From: Octopus vulgaris
Lineage: Eukaryota
Length of the DNA: 64,000 nucleotides
Direction of reading: 5' to 3'
Assembly: GCA_951406725.2 (NCBI GenBank)
Contig: OX597824.1
Coordinates: forward strand, 75,888,001 to 75,952,000
The notes below the pieces were generated by a model. It had not been told where the DNA came from. It saw nothing but the letters and a program-made list of their open reading frames with translations, and did not search any database. Shown one piece after another: positions 13,139-25,290 of the stretch; position 1 is the stretch's first letter, and the number at the start of each line of letters is the position of its first letter. The position numbers and the translations under genes are program-made.

Positions 13139-14282
13139 CATACACATGCACATACACACAAGATTGGTGCAGTCTTCCATTGAGCCAGCTCCTGTCAAAC
13201 CGTCCTACCCATGCTAGTATGGAAAATGGATGTTAAATATGATGAACCTATGTCAGCATGGGAAATGGACATTAAATGATGATATATATAAACCTCTTGA
13301 GGTAGCCATGTATCTCCTTTACTCCAAGTCACCGATTTCTGTGCGTCTCTTCATTCTCTAACCTCTCATCTGGTATAAAACCACCACCCTCAATACTACT
13401 CCCTTCTCACTTGAGTGGCTTTGTCTTATGAGCTATTTGGTGATCTCATTGCTGTTGGTGCCATGTAAAAACCACTCAGTGCAGACTGTGAGGCAGTTGG
13501 CATTAGGAAGGGCATCTAGCCACAGAAACCACGCCAAGGCAGACAGAATTTTGCATGGTCTTCTGACTTGCCAGCTGCTGTCAAACTGTTCAACCCATGC
13601 TAACATAGAAAGCGGATGTTAAATAAGGATAATGATGATATATATGTTTGTATTTTTGCTGGTGTATCTGAACGAAGGATGTAAACAGCCCCCCCCCCAA
13701 AAAAAAAATCTGAAGTCCTACTCCATTTGCTAAATGTTCTGCACTGAGTTAGATAGTCCCCTATGACTTACATTGTTGGAAATTGAGTGAAGCAGTGGTT
13801 GACTGAGAGGATACTTGTAAATTAACAAACAGTTCCTATTGCTTACTTATAATATAAAATAAGTGTTGGTATACACAACCAGGTGAGATGGTCCTTGCCT
13901 GGAACACCTTTCATTGTTTGTCTGCTCAATCTGGACGGACTTGTGGCTGAAAACCAACTACCACCACTACCACTGTGATGACCACCGTTTTATTGTGCTT
14001 GTAGAATATTGTGACAAATTAATCCCTGTTATGTGGAAACAAGTGTTTAGACTTAGAAATGATAAAAGAAAAGCATCAGTTTGAAGTACCATTTCTCTTC
14101 TTTCCTTATATGACTATGAGGATGATGATGAAACATTTTTTCTACTGATAGGTACTAAGCCATGTGTTATGGAGGAATATTAAGTCAAGCCAAGTGCTTG
14201 GCTGGTACTTTATCTATTGTTGAGCAGAATTTGAAGTCGCATGAAAAAAGGCCCTAAGTAAACAAACACGGCCATCATAAGT

Positions 14283-14660
14283 GTAGGTGTGGCTGTGTGG
14301 TAAGAAACTTGCTTCCAAACTACATGGTTCCAGGTTCAGTCCCACTGTGTGGCATCTTGCACAAATGTTCTCTACTATAGCCCTAAACCAAGGCCTTGTA
14401 AATGGATTTGGTAGATGGAAACCGAAAGCAGCTCGTCATATATATTGTGTGTGTGTTTATGCCTGTCCCCCCCTTGTTTAACCACTGGTGCTTGTTTGTT
14501 TACATTCTTGTAACTTTATGGTTTGGTTTGGCAAAAGGGAAAAAGAACCAAGCTTGAAAAAATAAGTTCTGGGATTGATTTGTCCAACTAAAACCCTTTA
14601 AGACAATGCCCCTGCATGGTTGCAGTCAAGTGACAAATGAGTAAAAGATAAAGAATAAAA
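14283..14660 (+). mobile_element. SINE family A, diverged full-length copy
   Basis: ggtgtggctgtgtggtaag head, internal (TG)n, gagtaaaagataaagaataaaaga tail. Confidence 0.8.
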
Positions 14661-14797
14661 GATTTCAGTTCAATGCTATAATGGTTCTACCAATCCATTA
14701 CCTTCTGTGGAAATGGTCATGGAAATTGTTGGCGTCTTCTGCAGGTGCCATCTGCATAGGTTTAATGTTGTCACATTGATCAGAGTACTGTTTATGA

Positions 14798-15099
14798 CAG
14801 GCCTGGCCAACTTGAATTACATTGTGGGCCATTTGAATCACAGTGAGGTTTTTGAGGGCCACTTGTATACTGAATTGAAAGCATTTTGCTTTCTCATGCT
14901 ATTATTACAATAATGAATGACATGAAATATTATTATTACAAAAGCAGCAGTATCTTTCTTTTTTACTTTTCATTACAATCTTTTGATAAAATTTTAAAAA
15001 TATTTGTTTAAATAAATCCATTTCAAGAAAGTATCAAGTGGGCCGCAAGATAAGTCTGCAGGCTGCATATGGCCTGCGGACCTCAATTAGCCAGCCCTG
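14798..15099. mobile_element. hAT-type MITE
   Basis: TIR CAGGCCTGGCCAA / TTAGCCAGCCCTG, subterminal ggccgc motifs, 8-bp TSD gtttatga/gtttaaga. Confidence 0.8.
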
Positions 15100-15107
15100 G
15101 TTTAAGA

Positions 15108-15323
15108 CAGGTTTTCAATTTTTTTTATGGACCTCCTTGATTCCTGTTTCATTCAGATAGACCTTCATAACCATAAAATCCTATTATATATTTATAATTA
15201 AATATTAGGAATTATAATAAAACCGTTAAAATATTTTCTGTATTGTAGAATGCTCATAAATTTTAACAACAAAGGTCTTAGATGAACCTCCGAAGAGTTC
15301 TGTGAACCCTGGTTGAGAACTTG
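15108..15323. mobile_element. Second hAT-type MITE abutting the first
   Basis: Ends CAGGTTTTCAA and TTGAGAACTTG, with gtttaaga on both sides. Confidence 0.7.
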
Positions 15324-15468
15324 TTTAAGAGTTAGTTGTTCATGGTGATGGCCATACACATGCATGGTGTGGTCAGTTGTAGCACATAAATGAGGTCGAG
15401 TTGTCCAAACAGCTTCAGGATTGCTATTGTCACCTCAAATTGGTTAGTGTTAAATCTTTATAGCTTAA

Positions 15469-15689
15469 CTCTTTAGCATTTAAACCGGCCATATCCGGCC
15501 AAAAGTATTCTGTCTGTTTTATGTTCAAACTGGCCAGATCTGGTCTCTCACACCAACCCTACAATATCGTTTTAAAAATTAACAGCTACCTCATCAAAAT
15601 CTCCTAGTTACAAGATAAGGCATGATTAGTTCAAAACAATGTGGATAAAAAGGGATTAATTTTGGCAGAATAATGTGAATACTAAAGGG
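15469..15689. mobile_element. piggyBac-like MITE family A (TTAA TSD)
   Basis: ttaa|CTCTTTAGCATT...ATACTAAAGGG|ttaa; related copies at about 15693-15880, 42705-42845, 53216-53813, 63700-63917. Confidence 0.85.
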
Positions 15690-16797
15690 TTAAACTGGCT
15701 GTATCCAGCCCTAATATTCTACTTGTTCTACGTTTAAATCAGCTAGATCTAGCCGCTCATAGCTATCCTACAGTGGCATTCTAAAAATGTAGTTACATCA
15801 TCAGAATTCTTATGCTTTGAGGTAATGATAATCCCAAACAACGTAAATAAATGACCATTACATTTGACAGTAATCAGACTGATAACCCTCTGGGTTATAC
15901 TGATGAGGTCAGCTGTAGTACATGAATGAGATCAAGTGGTTCGAATGAGTGCAGGATTGTTGCCGTCACCTCATCTTGGTCAGTCTTAAATATTTGTAGT
16001 TTATATTAATGTGGTCAGCTATAGTATATGAATGAGCACCTCATCTTGGCCAGTGTTAATTAAAAATCAATAGTTTATGCTGGTGTGCTCAGGAGTAGCA
16101 CTTGAATGGGATCAAGTGACCCAGACAAGTGCAAGATTGTCAACATTAAAGGATTGTCACCTTGATCAATTCAAGTTCAATATCAAGGTGGTTGCCAAAT
16201 GTAATCGATATGATATGCAGTTGGCAGGGGTCAACTGTAACACATAAAAAGATGAAATAATCAAAGCAGGGTTCCAATTTCCTTGTGGTTGGTGCTTAGC
16301 TTTGGGAATGTCACGTAACTTGATGCAGCTCATAAAATAGCAATTCAGTGAGATACGACCATATTTACTTCATCTCAGAGGCTTTCTGCCGAACTATTCT
16401 ATTTCCAATGATCAACCTTAACGAGAAGACCTATGATAAAAGCATCCTATTCATGGTTACCCCATTTTGCTTCAGGCATAGTATTTCAGTGACTACTTTA
16501 TCCAATGTGTTCTTGTTTTTTTTTAAATTTTATAATTAAAGGTAGCAGAATGTAGTTTGAAGTAGATTTATCCACTGTATAGAGGCTCCGTCATTGGTTT
16601 GGTAGCTACTGAGTTGAGTGACCACAAGATGGCTCTCATAATTGTTGTTTTGGAAACTTATAAGGTGTGTTTTACAATGTGAAGCTGCTAAATGCTAAAA
16701 TAATAACCAGCTTGAATAGCTCCATAGTCTGTAGTTTAAATCTGACCCCAGTACTCTTTATTTATTCTTTTAATTGCTCCACCTATTATACCATCTG

Positions 16798-17115
16798 TTG
16801 GCTTAGTGGTTAGGGCATTCGGCTCATGATCGTAAGGGTGTGAGCTCAATTCCCGGCGACGCGTTGTGTCCTTGAGCAAGATACTTTATTTCACATTGCT
16901 CCAGTCCACTCAGCTGGCAAAAATGAGTAGTACTTGTATTTCAAAAAGGGCCAACCTTGTCACACTCTGTGTTACGCTGAATCTCCCGGGGAACTACGTT
17001 AAGGGTACACGTGTCTGTGGATTGCTCAGTCACTTGCATGTTAATTTTACGAGCAAGCTGTTCTGTTGATCGTATCAGCTGGGACCCTCATCGTCCTAAC
17101 CAACGGAGTGCTCCT
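16798..17115 (+). mobile_element. tRNA-derived CORE-like SINE family C
   Basis: A box tggcttagtggttag, B-box-like gagctcaattccc, tgtccttgagcaagatacttta..gctccagtccactcagctg core. Confidence 0.75.
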
Positions 17116-19914
17116 CTTACTAACTTGTGCTGTGCCATGCCACTCCCCATGAGCAATACTTTGATTTGTTATCGACCTTGAGATTGCTTCAAGTTGATGT
17201 ATGCTTGTCATTATCTTTTCATAGATGAAAGTGGCAGCCAGCTGGCAGAATCATTTAGTCACTGCACAAAATACTTAGCAGAATTTCTTCACATTCTGAG
17301 TTCAAATGCCACTGAAGTTGATATTGCCTTTCGTTCTTTCAGGGTCGATATAATAAGTGCCAGTAGAGCACTGGAGTTGCTGTAACCAACATCCCTATGC
17401 CTCAGATTTGCTGGCCTTGTGCCTAAACAAGAAATGATTAATTCTTCTTAGATGAACTGCAAGCATTATATGGTGTATCTGAAACTGAATCCTTCTTTAG
17501 ACTTCATATAATGATTCCTTTCTACACTCTCCGAGTGGTTGGCATTAGGAAGGGCATCCAGCTGTAGAAACAATGCCAGATCAGATTGGAGCCTGGCGCA
17601 GCCATCTGGTTTGCCAGTCCTCAGTCAAATTGTCCTATGCATACTAGCATGGAAAGCGGACGTTAAACGATGATGATAATGACAGGATGGGATTTGTGGA
17701 GATTTTAGTTGCAATTTCTGTCATGCCAAGTGACCATGTAAAAAGTTCCTTCATAGATTGTTCCTCAAGGGAAAGTAAAAGTTGAATCTAACAAGTGCCT
17801 TAAGATAAGTCTTCAGTACTGCTGCTTGCAAAGTCAGCCTCAAGCTGTTTCATCTTTATGGTGCCTGTTTGGACTGCCGGAACTATGTGGTTAGGGAGCA
17901 GATGTTCCCCGTCTTAGTCATTGACACAAAATAGTGTTGATGACTAAACTTCTGAATTACTGAACTCTTGGCTAGGTTCTGCGTCAATGAAATGACTTAG
18001 CTGAAACAGAGCATTTGATGGGAAGCTCTGTGGCAGTTACTCTGGGCCCCTTGCTCTCTGAATTCAAATTCCACTGCAGCCAACTTTACCTTTTTATTTG
18101 GGGTTGATAAATTACCAGTTTAGGGCTCAGAATTTGTAGAATTGTTAGAGTTTCAGTGAGATTTCCTTTGGTATCTGTTCTGTCTCCATGTTCTGAGCTC
18201 AAAAATTCTGCTCGGTTTCCATTTCTCGTGATAATGAGTGCTAATTGTCTATGGGACCACAGCTGATTATGAAATCTGCAAAGAGTATGGAAGAGGATTG
18301 GAAATGTCTGCTACTGCAGCCAAATGATGATGCTTCCTGTTGCTACTTTGAGTGCCTGTTTGGACTGCCGGAACCATGTGGTTGGGGAGCAGATGTTCCC
18401 TGTCTTAGTCATCGACGCAGAACAGTGTTGATGACTAAACTTCTGAATCACTGAACACTTGGCTAGGTTAGTCGTTTTGTTCCCCAGCCCTCGTTTTAAT
18501 TAATTTCGAAAATAACGAAGAATTTTGTAAAATATCTTTGTCGTTATTAAGCTGGTGTTTAGAACATAACATGAAATTTTGATATAAGGTTTTAATGGTG
18601 ATCATTTTAAGACTTTGCTTATCATATTTCTGTTGGAAAACACAGCCCTTGTTTCAAGTAATTTTGAAAACGAAGAAATTAGCGAAATAACCTTGTCATT
18701 ATTCATTAGTTGTTTACGGTAACATGAAATTTTGATAGGCTTTAAGAGCGTTTTAAAACAAGGAAGTTTGTGTTGTTAGAACCAAGGCTGGTTGGTATCA
18801 AAATGGGTTAATACTGTGAGCCTGCTAGACTAGAAAATAAGGATTAAATTCGTTGGATTTAGTTCATTTGCTAGGTTTTCTGATAGTGTCCTTTTACCCA
18901 GTTTCATTCCCATGATTTGGGTCGACCTTGAGGTTACAGTAGAAGTCATTTGGGCAAAGTGTCACAGTGAAGTGAAATCAAGACCATGCTAGTGTAATAT
19001 ACAATATAGAAACGATGATAATTAGATACTTGTCAAAGCTGTAAATTTTCCCAAAATAACTTGGTCATGATGTTAGAAACAGAATTGCTACAGAAATGCA
19101 TATTTAGGTAGAATTATTCGTAAGTTAGATGAGTTTGAAATACCGCCTGTACACACACACATAAAAAGAAAAAAATGTCACTGAGTAATTAAAGATATAA
19201 AGCGTGTAACAAAAAAGCTGAAGTAAGATGAATTTTGGAAGTATGGGAGACAACTCTGGATATTTTACAATCTTGCTCAAGTTGTCTTCATGAGAATCTG
19301 CTGTTGAACGAAGCATTTTAATCGTGAGCTTGAACGAACAAATTGACAAAAATCACATGTATGTTACTATCTAAGGGCCAGAAAAACTGGTAACTTCCTA
19401 TGATTTTGAAATTCTCTGCAGTTAGGGGCTTCACTTGGTCAAAGTGGACCATGTGTCTGCATATATATATGTGTAGATTAGGCAAGACCTTTTGAGAATG
19501 ACCAGAAGTTACAGTCATGCAAGTCTCTTCTTTCCTCACTACTGATGTCCATTGGAAAAGCTGCTGCTTTAGGGCCAATGGTGTTGTCACTGGTGTTGCT
19601 ACCAGAAGGCACAGAACTGGGCACATGTTGTGTGACATCAAGCCAGATCTTACAGCGTTTCAACCAATCCACATCCTTGATAAGTATCTTTTTTTTTTTT
19701 CTTCTTTTAATCACCCCTGAAGAACAAAAGGCAAAGTGAATTTGAACTCGAACACAGAGACTAGAACAGATTCCATGACACATTATTCTATCTAATTTTC
19801 TAAAATAATAGGTTGTTCATTGTTATCAGTGATAACTCTAAATATCGCCATCAGCATCAAAGTAGATCACTTTCCTCCACAGGTTTTTGTCTTGAGCTGC
19901 GGTGATCCATCTCT

Positions 19915-20260
19915 CATCATCATCATCATCATCGTTTAACGTCCGTTTTCCATGCTAGCATGGGTTAGACGGTTCAACTAGGGTCTGGGAAGCCAGAAGG
20001 CTGTGCCAGGCCCAGTCTGATCTGGCAGTGTTTCTACAGCTGGATGCCCTTCCTAACGCCAACCACTCCGTGAGTGTAGTGGGTGCTTTTTACGTGCCAC
20101 CTGCACAGGTGCCAGATGAGGCTGGCAAATGGCCACGATCGGATGGTGCTTTTTACGTGCCACTGGCATGGAGGCCAGTCGGGGCAGTGCTGGCAACGGC
20201 CACTTTCGGATGGTTCTCTTATGTGCCACCGGCACTGGTATCACTGCTACAATTTCCATT
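19915..20260 (-). mobile_element. RTE LINE 3' UTR fragment with (GAT)n tail
   Basis: Same sequence as follows the RTE ORF end at 33170-33757; other copies near 13400, 17520, 22230, 27025, 35476, 56500. Confidence 0.8.
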
Positions 20261-22055
20261 GAAGTTGATCGATTTTGATTTTGATTTCTATCTGTATTTA
20301 ATCTCAAGTTGTGTTTCATCCCTGTATCTCATTCAGGGCCGACTCTGATTTCTTGTACCACCAGACAGTTGTGAGTAAAGTATTATAGTCTCCATTCAAT
20401 TCTTTTATGTTGCCATTTCTTGGGCATACTCTGGCCACTGGAAGTTTTGCTGTACTGCTGTCTCTCTCACTATTGGAAATCATTATTGGATTTGCAGAAT
20501 CATTCGAGCATTGAACTAAGTGCTTTGTGGTATCTATGGACATTTCTTTATCTTCTGAGTTCAAATGCAGCAAAGTTTAATGTTCAAATATCAGAACAAA
20601 TACTGCAGTGTATCTTGTCTGGCACGATTATGATTTCTGCCAATCCACTGTGTTCACTGCCTATATAATTATAATGGTGATGATAATAATGGTTTCAAAT
20701 TTTGCCACAAGGGCAGCAATTTTTGGGGAGGGGATAAGTCGATTTCATCAACTTCAGTGTTTTACTGGTACTTATTTTATCAAACCTCAAAAGGATGAAA
20801 GTGAAGTCGACCACAGCGGAATTGGAACTCAGAATCTAGTGAAGGGTAAAATACCACTAAACGTTTCATCCAGCGTGCTAACAATTGTACCATCTTACTG
20901 CCTTAATAATAATAATGATAATAATCACCATCATCATACATCCGTTTTCCATGCTGGCATGGATTTGGTAGTTTGACAGGAACTGGCTAGTCGGGCAGCA
21001 GTCCAGACTCCAGTTGTCTGTTGTGGCACATGGTTTCTATGGCTGGATGTCCTACGGTCACTGCTGGGTCCGGGTAGGTAAATTGACTTGCCTCTGCCTG
21101 ATTTTACCCTTTGTTGATGCTGGGCTCTTAGTTGATAAAAACGAAGGAAGAAAAAAGTTTTTTAGTCTTCTGGATGTTGATTTTTGAACTGAACTTTGTG
21201 GCTGTTATGCCCAAAGCATGTATCAGGCTTTGCATGCTCTCTGAGTTATGGGAGACCAGAGTGCAGTCATGTGTAATCAAAATTTTGGTTCTACTTCAGC
21301 ATGTGGTCGAGTGCAGTATCTGTCATCCATGCTGAGAAGTGACCTGGGTTAGAAATAGGGTTAGGGCTTAAGGTTAGGGTTTGCTAAAGTCACATCATAA
21401 TTTCTTTCTCTAGCTTTTTTATTCTTATCTTTAACAAGCTATCAGGTTTATGAACGTAAAATTATTAAAATCAGAAATGGACAATAGCTACTGTATGTAG
21501 CATGTTGAACAAAATTCAAAACTGTTGTCTTGTAATTTTTAAGGAAATGTCTTGATCCAAGATCAGAAATGACACCCGAAATGTTTACATCATGGAACAG
21601 TCATGGTTGACATTTAAAGGACATCATTGTTTGTTTCTTTTATGTCCATTTTTCCATGCCAGCATGGTTTGGAGGAATACTTATTTAGGTATTGTACTCA
21701 TCTTGTTATTAACCCATACCTATTTTTCAAGTAGGGGCTTTTTTTTAATATTACACTTGCCTTTAAAGGTGAAAAGTTAGTTATAGGTGTTATGTTGGCA
21801 GTTTTCCATGCAAAGACAATATAAATATCCACACACAAACACAAATATCATCGCCATCATCATTGTTTTCAATGTCTTTTCCCATGTTTGCATGGGTCAT
21901 ACAAAATTTATTGAAGCAAATTTTCTTCAACCAGATGCTTTTACTATTACCAATGTTCACATGTTTCCAGTCATATTTCCAATGGAAATAAACATCATTT
22001 GTATGATAATGATGCTTGTTTACAAACTTCACATAATTTTGAGGCAAGAGTACAC

Positions 22056-22092
<37 letters not shown>

Positions 22093-22299
22093 CTCTTTCT
22101 TTCTTTCTTTCTTTCTCTCTTATAACAGTCTTTTTTCAGTTTCTGTCTACTAAATCTACTAAACTTGCAGAAGTTTTGGAATGTCACAAAAACAAAATAT
22201 TACTGTGAATCTTTTAGGTAGTGTGACCCATCTGACGTTGAGTCTCATGTGGCGCAAGGTTACCCACTGATGCTCCCTTAAGCTTGGCACCACATAAAA

Positions 22300-22403
22300 G
22301 TGCACCTGTGCCTGGACCATGTAAAGAGTACCTGTGCCTGGACCATGTAAAGAGCACCTGTGCCTGCACCATGTAAAGAGCACCTGTGCCTGCATTGTGT
22401 AGA
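22300..22403. repeat. 26-bp tandem repeat x4 inside an RTE 3' UTR copy
   Basis: Unit gagcacctgtgcctggaccatgtaaa. Confidence 0.85.
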
Positions 22404-24045
22404 GTGTCTGTGCTGGTGCCACATGAAAGGCATCCAGTATGTTCTGTAAAGAGGTTGGTATTAGGAAGAGCCTCCAGCCATAGAAACCATACCAAAACTG
22501 ACAATTAGAGTGAGGTGCAGCTCTCAGTCTTGCCAGCTCCTGCCAAACCATCCAACCCATGCCAACATGGAAAACGAACCTTGAATGATGATGATGGGAG
22601 TGTGGTTGATAGATGCAATTGTAATTATCTTTCTAGCTCTATAGCTCACCTGGTTTGAGCATCAGTTGTATATACTGCTATTACCTACAGCATGTGAAGT
22701 GGTCTTGAATGCCAAGTGCCAAAATTCATTCAAGAACTTTTAGGTTGGAAATGTTACAGTAGTTACTGGAACTTTATTTCTTGAAATGTGCTGAAGAATC
22801 TTGTTGGAATAAACAGGAATGAATCATTAAACAGCATGTGAATGGTAATTTCCTGCAGTGAAATTCATAGAATTCTTACAAAGAATTTGTTAGTCTGTAC
22901 TTAGTCCTCTGTGGTGTTAGGTTCCAAGCAATTCAAATTACTTGACCTTGGTAGAGTGGCTAAATAAAACACCCTCTCTTTTGGCATTGTTGTTTAGCTC
23001 CAGGTCTGTCATTGTTGAGCAAACCTATATCATAAAAATATATTCTAATCATGACCATCTCCTCTATTTCTGAGTATTTAGACCCACAGTAATCCATTCT
23101 TCCCCATCCTTTCTCTGAGGTGATTTGAGGAACATTTGGCTGCTGTTTTAGCAGATTGTTATATTTCCGGTGAATAGTGTGATCTGAGATAAATTTAGCT
23201 GCTATTTCTATCTGGCTTAGTATTGGTTCACCTGTTGCTTACTGTGATCTGGTGTCCACCTGACTGCAGACTTATGATTTTATGTAGTATGTTGAGAGAG
23301 GCAAAGCTTACTGGTGACCAACAATCTGCTTCATGCACTGCTTATAAAAGAGCAATGTTTGGTTCAAGTAATAATCATCATCATTAACTATATACTAGCC
23401 CCTATGTTATTGTTATTATGGTTGCAGTCATCACAACAAGCAAAAGAACCAGGGTTAGTTTACTGTATTTATTCATACATTGGTGAACCAAATGTTAACT
23501 GATTTGTAACAAAGGATCATTTTAACACTGTTATTTTTTTCTATATGAAAGTGATAATACATTAACCTTCTCATCAGCATTGATTTAATGTTTGGTGAGA
23601 CAAACTTTTTTGAGGTAAATTTTCGATGGCTGGATGTTCTTCCTGTTTCCAACCCTGGCATTTGAACAAAATAGCTCAGTGGCTGAACAGGTTTTTTTTC
23701 TCCCCTATAGTTTATTGTAAGCAACGACATTGTTGGTACGAATGGTGACTTTGTTGTCCACACAGACATTGTGAAGACAAAGGAATGCACAAATGTGCAC
23801 ACGTATGTTTTAGTTCACTCCTACACCAACATTTGAGGAGTTGCTTACGCCGACAGTTGGAGAGTTTGTTGCTACTGCTGCTAACTCTGAAACTGAGTAG
23901 TCCAAGACAAAATCTATGTAAATACACATATTTGACTATTCTTCTGAAGATAAGCCTTTGCACCTGAAATATAAAGCTTTTTAAAACTTTCTGCATTTTT
24001 AGATACTTTCCTTATTCTCTTTTCATTCATTTTCTACTTCACACA

Positions 24046-24112
<67 letters not shown>

Positions 24113-24960
24113 AATAATAAAAGGGTAAAATTAATTAATAATTAATAATTTTACCAAATAGTTTGGTATGTTAAAGTAACCTTTTTAGGTAAAATTATAC
24201 AAATATTCTATAATTATAAACATAATTATAATCAGGGGTCAGCTAATTGCTTTACCACACACCTAATTTAGAAATAGGAGTTAAATGCCTCTTCTACTAC
24301 CATAAAGATCTCCCAGATAGTAAAACACATTTTTACGTTGGCAAAAAGAAAAAATTACGAATCCACACGACTTAAATTAACTACATACGCATTTCGAGAT
24401 TAAAGTGAAGTTATGTTTACTTACTTATTTCTCATCTTTGGTGCAGCATTTCGAAATATAAATTTGAGAGTGTCAGGAATGTATGCGATCAAGTGCCATT
24501 GCATAACCAATATTCAACCACACTTCCAAAAATATATAGCCGAAAAAATGTGTGTTACTGTCTGGGAGATCTTTATGGTCATTCATTCATCATCATTGTT
24601 CGACCGTGGTCGAGACTTTCATAGTCTTTTCAAATGGCTAATAATGTGTGCGCGCGCCACTACTACACACATTGGAAAGCATTGTACAACCAAGTACTAA
24701 AGAAGATCTTTCCTCCTCCATGAAACAAAGCTGTTCCCGCTGGACGTCAACCCAGTATTTCTAAGCTACGGACCGAGTGATTTATTGTAAGGTTATCTCC
24801 CTAGATAGATTGCCTTCACTACAGCTAAGGAGCCCTTTCTACCCCATCTTTATGGTAGTAGAAAAGGCATTTAACTCCTATTTCTAAATTCGGTGCGAGG
24901 TGAAGCAATTAGCTGATCCCTGATTATAATTATGTTTGTAATCATAGAATATATATATAA
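24113..24960 (-). mobile_element. Penelope-like pLTR remnant with inverted partial copy and decayed hammerhead
   Basis: Flanked by (TA)n; 24203-24330 recurs inverted at 24548-24579 plus 24847-24950; second copy at 35738-36080. Confidence 0.6.
24580..24845 (-). mobile_element. 266-bp retroposon with 11-bp TSD (RTE-derived non-autonomous element)
   Basis: TSD atctttatggt at 24569-24579 and 24846-24856; minus strand starts GGGGTAGAAAGGGCTCCTTAGC (RTE 5'UTR-like) and ends in an ATG/GAAT-repeat tail. Confidence 0.75.
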
Positions 24961-24961
24961 A

Positions 24962-25290
24962 GACTCCCTTTGGTCATAACTGACCATGGGATTGCACCTG
25001 GAAAGATCCCCTCCAAAGTGCAAGCCCGGGCAAGGTTGTTTATGGAAGACCAACAATTGCCCATGTATACCGGCCTCCCTTTTTCACGCCACCAATGTTA
25101 TCCAAGGGAAAGGCAAAGGCCAATACAGCTTGGCACCAGTGACGTTGCAACTCATTTCTACAGCTGAGTAAACTGAAGCAACATGAAATAAATGCCTTGC
25201 TCAAGGACACAACATGCAACCCGGTTCAGGAAACAAAATCACTATCCCATAAATACGATCTCTAAATATGGAGCCATGCACTTTCACAAT
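24962..25290 (-). mobile_element. tRNA-derived SINE related to family C
   Basis: Minus-strand tgtccttgagcaaggcatttatttcatgttgcttcagtttactcagctgtagaaatgag core. Confidence 0.7.

Noticed and set aside
16798-16870. tRNA-like A/B boxes
   Set aside because: SINE heads; no complete cloverleaf, and they continue into SINE bodies
21345-21381. TTAGGG-like repeats (also 3087-3098)
   Set aside because: Only 2-4 degenerate units; not an interstitial telomere array
22300-22403. Regular short repeats suggestive of a CRISPR array (also 40851-40995, 52340-52570)
   Set aside because: Head-to-tail tandem units without unique spacers, inside eukaryotic transposons; no cas genes
23711-23917. Good acceptor (ttttttctcccctatag) followed by non-repetitive sequence; a similar case at 10320
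   Set aside because: No RING-like or long open frame; could be a UTR exon but is unsupported without RNA data
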